From assembly GCA_019058365.1 (NCBI GenBank), contig JAHPZE010000001.1:409738-473737 (forward strand): 64,000 nucleotides of DNA, written 5' to 3'. Position numbers and translations under genes: made by a program. Below are positions 1-10,369 of the stretch, piece by piece. The DNA is from Promethearchaeota archaeon. Its GTDB lineage: Archaea > Asgardarchaeota > Lokiarchaeia > Sigyniarchaeales > SOKP01. The notes under the pieces were generated by a model that made no database searches, had not been told where the DNA came from, and worked only from the letters and a program-made list of their open reading frames with translations. Every line of letters begins with the position of its first letter. Position 1 is the stretch's first letter.

Positions 1-2030
1 ACATAACCTTTAATATTCTTAATTCCACCATTTAAGAATACCTGAATGTTACTACTTTTCTCTATCTTTTCTTTTGTTTCATTTAATAATTCTAATGCAT
101 TTTTATGAACTGGATATAATACATTTAGAAATCTTAAGTTTCCACCTAACTCATTTTTTTTTTCTATAAGAAAAGTTTTAAATCCTTGATTAGCTATATT
201 TAAAGCTGCAGTCATACCTGAAATACCTCCTCCAATAATTAAAGCTGTATGGGTAATATCTATTTTATCTTCTTTCTGGGGCTTTAGTAATTTAGACTTT
301 GCGACATGCATTCTAATTAAATCTATGGCTTTATGAGTAGCAGCATCTTTTTCTTTCATATGAACCCATGAACATTGATCTCGAATATTAACAAGCTCAA
401 AAAGATATTTATTTAACCCGGCTTCTTGACATGTTTCTTGAAATAAGCTTTCATGTGTTCTAGGAGTACAAGATGCCACAATAAATCTATTTAAATCATG
501 TTCAGCAATTAATTCTTTAATCCTAATTTGAGAGTCAGATGAACATGAATATAAATTTGCTTCACATACCACTACGTTTGGGAGGTTTTTAACATATTCT
601 ACAACTCGAGGAACATCTACATAATTTCCAATATTGATTCCACAATGACAAACCATTACCCCTATTCTTGGTTTATCTGTAATTTTAACCACTTTTTCTG
701 CTATATCGAATGTTTTTTCTTTCACTTGGGTAAATTTAACAGAGTTTAATAAATCAGCGATTTGTGCTGCTACTCCACTAGCGTCAGCAACCGTCTCTGG
801 AATATCCATTGGTCCTTGACAGAATCCACATAAGAAAATCCCATTTCTAGTAGATTTTAATTTATCAAAATACGATTTTTCTTTGAAAAAGTTGTATGTA
901 TCTAATTCAATTCCTAAAGTTTTTCCTATTTCTTTAACTCCTTTTGATGGAACTAAAGGGGATGCCAGAACAACCAAATTAGCACGAAAATCCTTGAATT
1001 CACCAGTCTTCAAATCCTCATAATGTATAATTAAATCTTTAGTTTCGGGATCTTCTTCAATTGTACTTATTTTTGATTGAAAATATTTTACTCCATATTC
1101 TTTTTGAGCTCTTTGTGTGAATTCATAAAAATTTTTACCATATGCGCGAATATCATGCCGAAATACATAACATTCTGAATTGTCCGAATGTTCTTGGGTA
1201 ATTATTGCTTGTTTTGCTGTATAAGTGCAGCAAACACTAGAGCAAAAAGGGACATTTTCATGAAGATCTCTTGAACCTGCACATTGAATAAAAGCAATAA
1301 CTTCAGGTTCTTCATCATCACTTAATCGCTTGACATGTCCACCAAATGGTCCAGATGCGCATAATATCCTTTCATATTCAAGAGCACTAACAACATTTTC
1401 GTATCTATACCCCCATCTTGAAGTTAATTTTTCAGCAGGCATTTCAAAACCTGTTGCTACCACTACAGCTCCAACTTTAATTTCAAATTCTTCAGGTTTC
1501 TGTTCAAAATCTATTGCCTCAGCAGGACAAGCCTTTTTACATATTTGGCATACTCCCTTCGTTAAATATAAACACATCTCGGAATCAATTAAATAAATAG
1601 GAGGTACTGCTTGTGGAAAAGGAATAAATACTGATTTTCTTTTACCAATGTTCATTTCAAAAGGATTTGGAGCCATTATTTTGGGGCATTTAGCAGCACA
1701 TTCTCCACATCCCTTACATTTAGTTTCATCAATATATCGAGGTTTTTTCAGGATTTTCGCAGTAAAATTACCAGGTTCACCGTCTACTTGAAGAACTTCA
1801 TGATATGTCATTAATTCAACATTAGGATTACGAAATACTTCAACCATTTTTGGAGCTAATATACATAAGGAACAATCTAATGTTGGAAAAGTCTTGTCCA
1901 GTTGAGACATTCTACCTCCAATTGAAGGTGATTTCTCAACTAGGTATACTTTAAATCCTAATTCTGTGAGATCAAGAGAAATTTGTATTCCCGCTATACC
2001 TCCTCCAATTACTAACACAGAACCCTCCAT
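1..2030 (-). CDS. hdrA: HdrA-like FAD/Fe-S protein (long form), 3' end runs off the window
   Basis: Not in ORF track. ATG at 2030 reads MEGSVLVIGGGIAGIQISLDLTELGFKVYLVEKSPSIGGRMSQLDKTFPTLDCSLCILAPK, closely matching 3462-6542; TAATG overlap with the upstream hdrD-like stop. Confidence 0.93.
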   Translation of the reverse strand, partial: MEGSVLVIGGGIAGIQISLDLTELGFKVYLVEKSPSIGGRMSQLDKTFPTLDCSLCILAPKMVEVFRNPNVELMTYHEVLQVDGEPGNFTAKILKKPRYIDETKCKGCGECAAKCPKIMAPNPFEMNIGKRKSVFIPFPQAVPPIYLIDSEMCLYLTKGVCQICKKACPAEAIDFEQKPEEFEIKVGAVVVATGFEMPAEKLTSRWGYRYENVVSALEYERILCASGPFGGHVKRLSDDEEPEVIAFIQCAGSRDLHENVPFCSSVCCTYTAKQAIITQEHSDNSECYVFRHDIRAYGKNFYEFTQRAQKEYGVKYFQSKISTIEEDPETKDLIIHYEDLKTGEFKDFRANLVVLASPLVPSKGVKEIGKTLGIELDTYNFFKEKSYFDKLKSTRNGIFLCGFCQGPMDIPETVADASGVAAQIADLLNSVKFTQVKEKTFDIAEKVVKITDKPRIGVMVCHCGINIGNYVDVPRVVEYVKNLPNVVVCEANLYSCSSDSQIRIKELIAEHDLNRFIVASCTPRTHESLFQETCQEAGLNKYLFELVNIRDQCSWVHMKEKDAATHKAIDLIRMHVAKSKLLKPQKEDKIDITHTALIIGGGISGMTAALNIANQGFKTFLIEKKNELGGNLRFLNVLYPVHKNALELLNETKEKIEKSSNIQVFLNGGIKNIKGY

Positions 2031-3310
2031 TATTTTTCTTCCTCCGCCGTTGGATTAGAATCAACGACATAAATTAAATTTACTAAGAATTCAGAAAAAT
2101 CGACTATTTCTATTGAGGAAATATCTTCATAATCATTTTGCAAGCACGAAAAATGCATTTTGCACTTAGGACAAGACGTAACCATTATTTTTCCCACGTC
2201 TTTTGCTTCTAAGAGCCTTTTATATCGCAATGCTTTTGATCGATCATTACAATTCATCCAAGAACTTACTCCACAACACAGAGCATCTTTCTTGTTATGT
2301 GCCATTTCATTAAACTTATATCCTAATTTTTTCAATTGAGAAAAAATTTCACGTACATTTTCTATTATCTGACTATCTTTAGGTAAAAATCGACTTAGAC
2401 GACATGGATCATGATAAGTAAATGGGATAGGTTCTTCTTTTTGAGAAGGATTCTTAAACTCAATCTTATTTGCTTTCCAATTTTCATAAATATACTCTAT
2501 TAAATGTTTAACAATGAATTTTTTATTAAAATCGTCAAAAAGATTTTGATAATCTACTTTAAATGTCCTATAACATTCAGCACAGGCAGTTATAATTGTT
2601 TTAACTCCCGTTTCTTCAATTCTTTTAATATTCTTCTTTGCTAAATTGATAAATTCTTTGAGTTTTCCTTGACCCCAATAGAGATCATGGCCACAACAGA
2701 TTTCATCTTGAAGAACTACTACAGGTTCTTTTTCAATCTGGCATAATATTTTTAAAGTGCTTTCTGCTATAGAATTGGAATTTTCAAACTCAAAATTAAA
2801 AAAGGGTAAACACCCAACATAATACATAATATTTCCATGTTCTGAAATTTCACATCCCTTAGGAACCCATTCAAGAGATCTTTCTGGCTTTATATCGGAA
2901 GCACTCATTATTTCTGAGATAGTTGTATATACCCCCTTATGAGCAATATACTCATCCGGGTTTTGATTATATGATTCTCGCATTTTATATTTAGCCATTC
3001 TTACGATGTCTGCGAAATTTATTCCCTCAGGACAGTTTTGAAGACAAGCATTGCAAGTTAAACAATCCCATAAAATTCCACTCTCAATAACTTTATCCTC
3101 AAAACCCTCTAGAATCATTTCGATTATTCTGCTCGGTTCAAAAGTTTGAACTTTACTAAGTTGACAAACACCACTGCATCGAACACATTGATAACATCGA
3201 TATAATAATTTTCTTATATCTGGTTCATAAATTTTTTCAAGATATGAATCAATATTATCCTTAGGTTCTTCTGGATCTTCCGCTTTTGAAGTCTCTGTAA
3301 TATTATTCAC
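2030..3310 (-). CDS. HdrD-like Fe-S oxidoreductase (two 4Fe-4S motifs plus two CCG domains)
   Basis: CYQCVRCSGVC, CLTCNACLQNCP; CCG...TACAEC; HDPC...CCG...SCPKC. Confidence 0.88.
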   Translation of the reverse strand: MNNITETSKAEDPEEPKDNIDSYLEKIYEPDIRKLLYRCYQCVRCSGVCQLSKVQTFEPSRIIEMILEGFEDKVIESGILWDCLTCNACLQNCPEGINFADIVRMAKYKMRESYNQNPDEYIAHKGVYTTISEIMSASDIKPERSLEWVPKGCEISEHGNIMYYVGCLPFFNFEFENSNSIAESTLKILCQIEKEPVVVLQDEICCGHDLYWGQGKLKEFINLAKKNIKRIEETGVKTIITACAECYRTFKVDYQNLFDDFNKKFIVKHLIEYIYENWKANKIEFKNPSQKEEPIPFTYHDPCRLSRFLPKDSQIIENVREIFSQLKKLGYKFNEMAHNKKDALCCGVSSWMNCNDRSKALRYKRLLEAKDVGKIMVTSCPKCKMHFSCLQNDYEDISSIEIVDFSEFLVNLIYVVDSNPTAEEEK

Positions 3311-3461
3311 TTTCTCTGGTTATTTCAAATTTTAATAATTTGAACCAATAATGATTAGAAAAAAAATAGAAAGAATTTATTTTTTCTGATTAGGTTTCAT
3401 AACTCTCTTGTCAAATGAGGAATTGCATTGATGATAAAGCAAGATTCTTCTTTATTTGAAT

Positions 3462-6400
3462 TTACATAGCAAGTGTCCTAATCATTGCATTAATTTGCTC
3501 AAAATCGTAATGTTTTATTGAAATTGCCCCAACTGGACAATTAACAGCACAAGTTCCACAGCCTTTACATAATCCTGAATTAACAGTAGACTTCTTTATC
3601 GGAAGGCTCACTTCTTCAAACTTCTTCAGCACTTCTACAATTTCTATTGCGTTATATGAACATACTTCCTCGCATGTCCCACAACCGATACATATCTCTT
3701 TTTCTACTTCCGCAATTAATCCAGATGTGGTAATTTCTTCTGCGCTTAAAAATCTGCATGCTCTTCCTGCTGCGCCATTTGCCTGTGATATTGAGTCTTG
3801 GATGTTTTTAGGCCAATGAGCACATCCACATAAGAAAATTCCATCAGTAGCAAAATCTAATGGTCTTAATTTAACATGAGCCTCCAAAAAAAAACCATTT
3901 TTGTCTAATGGAACTTTTAGTTTCTGTGCTAATTCATCTAAGTTATCAGCTGGAACCATTGGTGTTGATAGTACTATTAAATCCGTGTTAAAATTAATAT
4001 TTTCTTGTAGATTTGTGTCAAAGACTTTTATTTCAAATTTCTCTCTTCCTCCATTTATATCTCTAATGACAGGGGGATTGTCTAAATCATATCTCAAAAA
4101 TATAGCATCCTTTCTTCTTTCACGATAATATCTTTCAAATTCTTTCTTTGCCATTTGAAGATCTCTATAAAGCACTATTAGCTTTAGATCCTGCTTTATT
4201 TCCTTAAGGATATTAATATTTTTTATAGCAGTTTCACAACAAATATTTGAGCAGTAAGTTATCCCTTTTTCTTGTCTTGCATTAACGCATAATAATGTTG
4301 TAATATGATTAAGTTTATCTAACCATGATTGATCTTCATCCTTTAATTTCTGTTCTAATTGTAATTGTGTAATTACATTATGGTTCGTATAAGTATATTC
4401 AAAAAATTCATTAGGTTTTAACTCTTTTCCACCAGTGGCGACAATAATAGTGCCAATTTTTAATTCATGAACATTGCTATCTGAATCGATAACTGAAGCA
4501 TTATAGTTGCCAAGATATCCATAAATATCTTTCAATTCAGAATTTAAAAAGACTTGAATGTTCTTATTTTGTGTAACTTTTTCTATAGTTTCATTTAATA
4601 AGATTGAAGCATCCTCCTGGGTAGGATATAACATATTCAAATACTTTAAATTGCCACCTAAGTATCTGTCTTTTTCTACGAGATAAACTTTAAATCCTTG
4701 ATTAGCTATACTCAATGCGGCTGTCATTCCAGATATACCTCCACCAATTATCAATGCAGTTTGAGTAATTTTTAATTTCTCTTCTTTTTGCGATTTTAAT
4801 AATCTTGATTTAGCAACTCCCATTCTTATTAAATCAATTGCTTTTTTCGTAGCAAGCTCCTTCTCTTTCATATGTACCCATGAACATTGATCACGGATAT
4901 TTACCATGTCAAAAAGATACTTGTTTAGACCTGCTTCTTGACATGTCTCTTGGAATAATGATTCATGGGTTCGTGGGGTACAAGACGCGACAATAAATCG
5001 ATTTAAATTATATTCACCTATTACTTCTTTAATTCGTTCTTGCGAATCAGAACTACAAGAATAAAGATTATCTTCACAAAAAACTACATTAGGCAATGTT
5101 TTTATGTGTTCTATAACTTGAGGAATCTCAATATATTTTCCAATATTAATACCACAATGACAGATGAGGACCCCAATTCTAGGTATATCTGTTTCTTTAA
5201 CTGCCTTTTCTGGTATCCCTACAATTTTTTCTTGTGTCTCAGTAAACTTAAAAGAATTAAGTAAAGTTGCTACTTGTGAAGCTACCCCACTGGAATCAGC
5301 TACCGTTTCTGGTATATCCATTGGACCTTGGCAAAAACCAGCTAAAAAAATGCCTTCTTTAGAGGATAAAGATTTACTGTAATATGATTTCTCCTGAAAA
5401 AAATTATATTCATCCAACTCGATATTTAAAACTTGAGCTAATTCTCTAGTTCCAGCCGAAGGGACTAGGGGTGTGGCCAATACTACTAAATTTGCCTTAA
5501 AATCCTTAAATTTACCAATTTTTAGATCTTCATAATGAATTACTAAATCATTTGTTTCTGGATCTTCTATTATTCTGCTAATTTTAGTTTGGAAATATTT
5601 TACCCCATATTCTGACTGAGCTCGCTGGGTAAACTCGTAGAAGTTTTTTCCATAAGCCCTAACATCATGCCTAAATACAAAACACTGTGAGTTTTCAGAA
5701 TGTTCCTTAGTTATGATTGCTTCTTTAGCTGTATACATGCAACAAACTGAAGAACAATACGGAACACCTTCACGTAAATCCCTTGAACCCGCGCATTGAA
5801 TAAATGCTATTTTTTCTGGCTCTTTCGCATCGCTAGGTCTTACAATATGCCCCTGAAATGGTCCAGAAGCTGATAATATTCGCTCATATTCCAAAGCACT
5901 TACCACATTTTTATAATTATAACCCCATCTTGAGGTTAACTCTTCTCCTAACACATCATATCCAGTAGCAACAACAATAGCACCAACGTTCAATTTGATT
6001 TCTTGAGGTTTCTGTTCATAATCTATGGCTTCTGCCTTACAAACTTTCTCACAGACCCCGCATACTCCTTTAGTTAATTTTAAACACAATTCAGAGTCAA
6101 TTAAGTATACCGGAGGTACTGCTTGAGGAAATGGAATGTAGATTGACTTTCTTTTACCAAGATTCATATCAAAGATGTTAGGGGTTTCAATCTTTGGACA
6201 TTTAGCAGCACAGTCACCACAGCCTTTACATTTAGTCTCATCAATATAACGAGGTTTCTTAAGTACTGTAACATCAAAATTACTTGCGTTTCCAGAAACT
6301 TTTTGAACTTCATGATAAGTCATTAATTCAATGTTAGGATTTCTAAATACTTCCACCATTTTAGGCGCAAGAATACATAAACTACAATCGTTTGTAGGAA

Positions 6401-6542
6401 AAGTTTTATCAAGTTGAGCCATTCTTCCTCCAATCGATGGGGTTTTTTCTACTAGGTAAACTTTAAAGCCTAATTCAGTTAAGTCTAAAGAAGTTTGGAT
6501 CCCTGCTATTCCACCACCAATAACTAACACTGATCCTTCCAC
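3462..6542 (-). CDS. hdrA: HdrA-like protein, long form with two FAD-binding modules (1026 aa)
   Basis: Two GGGxxG motifs, FPTNDC, QCAGSR...CSSVCC, internal RIGVLICHCG/ASCTPRTHE, C-terminal ferredoxin. Confidence 0.93.
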   Translation of the reverse strand: MEGSVLVIGGGIAGIQTSLDLTELGFKVYLVEKTPSIGGRMAQLDKTFPTNDCSLCILAPKMVEVFRNPNIELMTYHEVQKVSGNASNFDVTVLKKPRYIDETKCKGCGDCAAKCPKIETPNIFDMNLGKRKSIYIPFPQAVPPVYLIDSELCLKLTKGVCGVCEKVCKAEAIDYEQKPQEIKLNVGAIVVATGYDVLGEELTSRWGYNYKNVVSALEYERILSASGPFQGHIVRPSDAKEPEKIAFIQCAGSRDLREGVPYCSSVCCMYTAKEAIITKEHSENSQCFVFRHDVRAYGKNFYEFTQRAQSEYGVKYFQTKISRIIEDPETNDLVIHYEDLKIGKFKDFKANLVVLATPLVPSAGTRELAQVLNIELDEYNFFQEKSYYSKSLSSKEGIFLAGFCQGPMDIPETVADSSGVASQVATLLNSFKFTETQEKIVGIPEKAVKETDIPRIGVLICHCGINIGKYIEIPQVIEHIKTLPNVVFCEDNLYSCSSDSQERIKEVIGEYNLNRFIVASCTPRTHESLFQETCQEAGLNKYLFDMVNIRDQCSWVHMKEKELATKKAIDLIRMGVAKSRLLKSQKEEKLKITQTALIIGGGISGMTAALSIANQGFKVYLVEKDRYLGGNLKYLNMLYPTQEDASILLNETIEKVTQNKNIQVFLNSELKDIYGYLGNYNASVIDSDSNVHELKIGTIIVATGGKELKPNEFFEYTYTNHNVITQLQLEQKLKDEDQSWLDKLNHITTLLCVNARQEKGITYCSNICCETAIKNINILKEIKQDLKLIVLYRDLQMAKKEFERYYRERRKDAIFLRYDLDNPPVIRDINGGREKFEIKVFDTNLQENINFNTDLIVLSTPMVPADNLDELAQKLKVPLDKNGFFLEAHVKLRPLDFATDGIFLCGCAHWPKNIQDSISQANGAAGRACRFLSAEEITTSGLIAEVEKEICIGCGTCEEVCSYNAIEIVEVLKKFEEVSLPIKKSTVNSGLCKGCGTCAVNCPVGAISIKHYDFEQINAMIRTLAM

Positions 6543-7264
6543 TATTTAACACTTTCTTATTTTTTTGATAAAAATTTGTATTCACATCTTTTTTTCAGTT
6601 GAGTAAAAAATAAGGAAAGGTAATTATATAAATATTTTTATGAAAAATGATCGGAATTCGACATGTTTCACTTTGCGAATGATCATTCCCAAACATTTTC
6701 TAAGTTCAATACCTCGTAATTGGTCATAATTTCTATTTTTTGTTTCCGTTTCTAGGAATTATGCTCATTTTTGCTAATCAATTATGGGAATAAGGTCCAA
6801 ATTGATAACTTTTATTGTAGAATTTTAATGATAGTCAACTTTATGGATGTTTATTGACAGATTCGACTTTTTCAGCTATCGTTTTTCTATATTATGAATG
6901 TTTAGGAAAAAAAGTTAGCCTCAAAATATTATAAAATTACAAAATAATAAGAAAAATCATTAATTTCGATAGTTGTTCAAATCTTCCAAGAACTGTCATT
7001 TTAAAAGATTCATGTAATAGAAAATAAAAGAATATATTATGTTGAGTATCTCATATAATTATAAGACAAAAATTTTAAATCTAAACTTTTCAAAATGACC
7101 AGAGATAAAACAGACATAAATTACTTTAAATTTATGACAAAACGATGATTGAAAGAATAAATTCTTTTATAGGCAAAGAATGGGGTGAAAATTTTTTAGA
7201 CTTATTAAAAAATGGTGAAAAAACAAATTCATTATTGGAATTATAAAAAAATTTAGGTAATCTC

Positions 7265-8521
7265 ATGATTGAAGATAATAATAAGATTTTTAAATCTATT
7301 AGTGCAGGTGAACTCTTAACATCTAATCACGTAGAAAAACTAATCTGTCGAAGTGAGGCTATTAAAAGACTTACAGCAAATTTCGGAAGTATATTGAAAG
7401 AGCCAAAAAACTTCTCTATTAATTGCCTTCTTATCGGTAAGGGAGCTATCGGAAAAACGTTAGTTGCGAAATATTTTGGGTACGAACTTATTAGAAGAAA
7501 AGCTGTTGAAATGAAAATTAGATTTATGATTGAATATTTTAATTGTATTCATTTCCGTTCAAAAGGCAATATAATCAGAGAACTCATTGCTAAATATGTA
7601 CCTCTGAGTTGGAATCGAGGATATAAGCTTAACAAATCTCTATTATTTTCAAAATTAAAACAGGACAATCGGTTTATATTATTAATTCTTGATGAAGTTC
7701 ATCTTTTAAAATCAGAGGATATTTTAGCGCTTCTCGATATCGGAAAAAAATATTCACAGATAGCAACAATAATGATTTGTAGAACACAGGATTGGTTGCG
7801 AGTAAAAAAGGATAAATTGCTATTTGATGAAATTATAGAGCTTCGACCATACAATTTCAATGAAGTTTTTAACATCTTGAAATATAGGAGTGAAATTGCA
7901 TTCCAAAAAAATGTTATTACTGATGATGTATTGAAGACTATATCTCAGATTGTAGTAGATAATGAAAATATGAGAAACGGGCTCGAAATTTTAAGAAAAA
8001 GTGGTTCACTATGTGTAAAGAAAAACTTGGATCAAATAACTGCTGATATTGTGAAAGAAACCAACAAGGATATATATCCTACTTTTCGCAATGATCTAAT
8101 CACCGAATTAAATTTAAAAGAACACGAGTATTTAATATTATTTGGAGTTGCAAGATCAATAGTAAATCAAGACAACCACTACACGTCAACTGATGAAGCT
8201 TTTGAGGAATATCTAAAGATATGTGAGGAATATCAAAAACTTTATGACGATAATCAGAAGGTGTACCCTGGAATAATTGGAGATTATTCTATTAAACCAA
8301 TTGACAAAATGAACTTTAAAAAACATATTCACTTACTTACGCAACTGAAATTGATTGTTTCAAAGACAGTTAAAAATGAGGAACCGACAAACAGTAGACA
8401 TTTAGAGATCTCTTTATTAGATATATCTGAAACCAAATTATCCGTTTTACTAAAAGAGTTTTTAGATGGAAAATATAATGTACTTGACGATTTTAACCCC
8501 GGAGAAAGAATGCCCTTTTGA
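7265..8521 (+). CDS. cdc6: Orc1/Cdc6-family AAA+ ATPase (divergent paralog)
   Basis: Walker A GKGAIGKT, Walker B ILDEVH, PYNFNEVFNILKYR, C-terminal winged-helix-like region. Confidence 0.8.
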   Translation: MIEDNNKIFKSISAGELLTSNHVEKLICRSEAIKRLTANFGSILKEPKNFSINCLLIGKGAIGKTLVAKYFGYELIRRKAVEMKIRFMIEYFNCIHFRSKGNIIRELIAKYVPLSWNRGYKLNKSLLFSKLKQDNRFILLILDEVHLLKSEDILALLDIGKKYSQIATIMICRTQDWLRVKKDKLLFDEIIELRPYNFNEVFNILKYRSEIAFQKNVITDDVLKTISQIVVDNENMRNGLEILRKSGSLCVKKNLDQITADIVKETNKDIYPTFRNDLITELNLKEHEYLILFGVARSIVNQDNHYTSTDEAFEEYLKICEEYQKLYDDNQKVYPGIIGDYSIKPIDKMNFKKHIHLLTQLKLIVSKTVKNEEPTNSRHLEISLLDISETKLSVLLKEFLDGKYNVLDDFNPGERMPF

Positions 8522-8627
8522 GGAGCAGAACATTTGTGTCTTTTAAAATTTAAACTAATAATTTTAATAATTTTTTAGAGTAATAAGAAAAAGTGCATTA
8601 ATTCTCTAATATTGAATTTTTCACATA

Positions 8628-8800
8628 AACTTCATTGAAATCAGACTCTCAATTTACCATTTCATATGTATCCTTAGCGATGGGTAATATAAACATATTT
8701 ATAAGTTAAGAAGTAAAAAAAATATGATTTTTTAGATCATTAAAAAACGAATAGATTATGGTATTAAATTGTTTATAACGCGGATCTAGTTTTTTAATTT
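8628..8800 (-). repeat. Degenerate copy of mvhD extreme 3' end plus its 3' flank
   Basis: 8782-8800 ggatctagttttttaattt (reads IKKLDP on minus) vs 17436-17454 ggtcctagttttttaattt; 8723-8758 matches 16039-16074 at 32/36; contains the 22-bp motif at 8637-8658. Confidence 0.7.
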
Positions 8801-8908
8801 GATCTGATCTGTGATTAATTTCAAGTTCAATATGGTATCATTACTAATTAAATATGAAATACTAAAACTTAAATAATATTGTATACAAATTTACTATGGT
8901 AAACTAAT

Positions 8909-9193
8909 ATGTCAATTGTAAAAATTAAAAATAAGAAAGGTTTGGAACAACTTCAAGCCAAATTAACTCTAAGATTAGGTCGAAAACCCACACAGCAAGA
9001 GACTCTTGATTATTGCCTTATTTTAGCGAATCAAAATTTTGAAGAAATTATTCAAATAGCAATGAATCTTCCAATATTAAACCCTAAAAAAGCTCAAAAA
9101 ATTATTGAAAAAAGAAACAGCCTTGGTGATATTCCCTATAATCCTAACTCGCATTTTACTTCGGAAAATGATGACGATATTTATAACTTATAA
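8909..9193 (+). CDS. Putative antitoxin (VapB-like)
   Basis: 94 aa, abuts a PIN-domain gene, acidic ENDDDIY tail. Confidence 0.7.
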   Translation: MSIVKIKNKKGLEQLQAKLTLRLGRKPTQQETLDYCLILANQNFEEIIQIAMNLPILNPKKAQKIIEKRNSLGDIPYNPNSHFTSENDDDIYNL

Positions 9194-9643
9194 TTGGTGT
9201 TTCATGTGGGTGTATTCCTAGATACTGGTTTTTATCTTGGACTTTGTCATCCAAAGGATAAATATGCAGAACTAAGCGAAAAGATATTAAAAGAATTAGC
9301 TATAGGGAATTATGGAGTTCTATATACATCCTATTTTATTATAAATGAGGTGACTACATTAGCTGCCATCAGATCTAAAAATAATCTCAAAGTGTTCAAC
9401 CATCTGGAAAAACTATTGTGGGGAAGTGAAAAAATTGCAACTATTCTTCCTTTTGATTTAAATTTTGAACTTGAAACATGGCAATTATTCAAGAAAGAAA
9501 ATACGATTGACTTGAAAGAAAAAAAAACAATGAGTTATACAGATATCAGTTCTATTGTTCTCTGTAATCATCATCAAATCGAATATATTGTTAGTTTTGA
9601 TTCTCATTTTGATGGGTTTCTTCAGAGAATCTTTCAAGTATAA
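9194..9643 (+). CDS. vapC: PIN-domain toxin (VapC-like); true start may be GTG 9206
   Basis: FLDTG, IINEV, SYTD, SFDSHFD acidic PIN motifs. Confidence 0.88.
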   Translation: MVFHVGVFLDTGFYLGLCHPKDKYAELSEKILKELAIGNYGVLYTSYFIINEVTTLAAIRSKNNLKVFNHLEKLLWGSEKIATILPFDLNFELETWQLFKKENTIDLKEKKTMSYTDISSIVLCNHHQIEYIVSFDSHFDGFLQRIFQV

Positions 9644-9899
9644 GAATGTCTTTATGTGTTTTTTCAAAGAAATTTTTATGTAAATCAGACTATGAATTTA
9701 CCTTTCCTTACTAATTTTTAATATTACATAAAATGTTTCGAAAATGAAGAACTATTTTATGCTAATCATAGTAATTATTCATTTTTATAACTTCGAATGA
9801 GGTTTTTTTATTTATAGATTAAAGATTGAAGAGAAATAAAGAAAATTGTATCGAAAAAATTAAATGCTAACATCGTTATTAATCATTAAATGAAAAGTC

Positions 9900-10325
9900 T
9901 TGTTTCAGAAGTTGGTTAAAATGGAGGAAATCCTTCAATATTTAATGAAACACTGCTCTTTCCTATATAAGCCAAATCGATTTCGCTTTGTTGATTCTGG
10001 CTCATCAGAGAGTTTTGGAAATGCATTCTTGATTCTCGAACATGAGGATTTACGTTTGCAATTTGTCAGAGACCGCGGGCAAATATTCCTTGATTTTCAG
10101 CCAACAAAAAAACAAACCAAAAGCAATTGGTTTTCGATCGATATTATCAAGCAGATGGTAACAGGTAAGATAGAACCCTCAGCTGAAATGGATTCTGAGA
10201 AAGCAAAGTTCTTAAAAACCAATCTTGATAAAATCGAACAGCTTTTTTCTACTGCTAATATGGAAAGCACAATTAAGAAATTAAAAGAGTTAGAACGTGC
10301 ACGTGCAAAGCGATTATTTCCATGA
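9900..10325 (+). CDS. Hypothetical protein, possibly immunity-protein-like
   Basis: Clean ORF (likely start ATG 9921); LRLQFVRDRGQIFLDF segment; family assignment from memory only. Confidence 0.6.
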   Translation: MFQKLVKMEEILQYLMKHCSFLYKPNRFRFVDSGSSESFGNAFLILEHEDLRLQFVRDRGQIFLDFQPTKKQTKSNWFSIDIIKQMVTGKIEPSAEMDSEKAKFLKTNLDKIEQLFSTANMESTIKKLKELERARAKRLFP

Positions 10326-10369
10326 TTTTATCTGTTATATATAATAAATAAATCTGTCTGTTCCTTCAA

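Noticed and set aside
1330-5382. Plus-strand ORFs 1330-1596, 3901-4128, 5040-5264, 5164-5382
   Set aside because: Antisense shadows of hdrA genes, no motifs
6543-7264. Replication origin next to cdc6
   Set aside because: AT-rich but no recognisable ORB repeats
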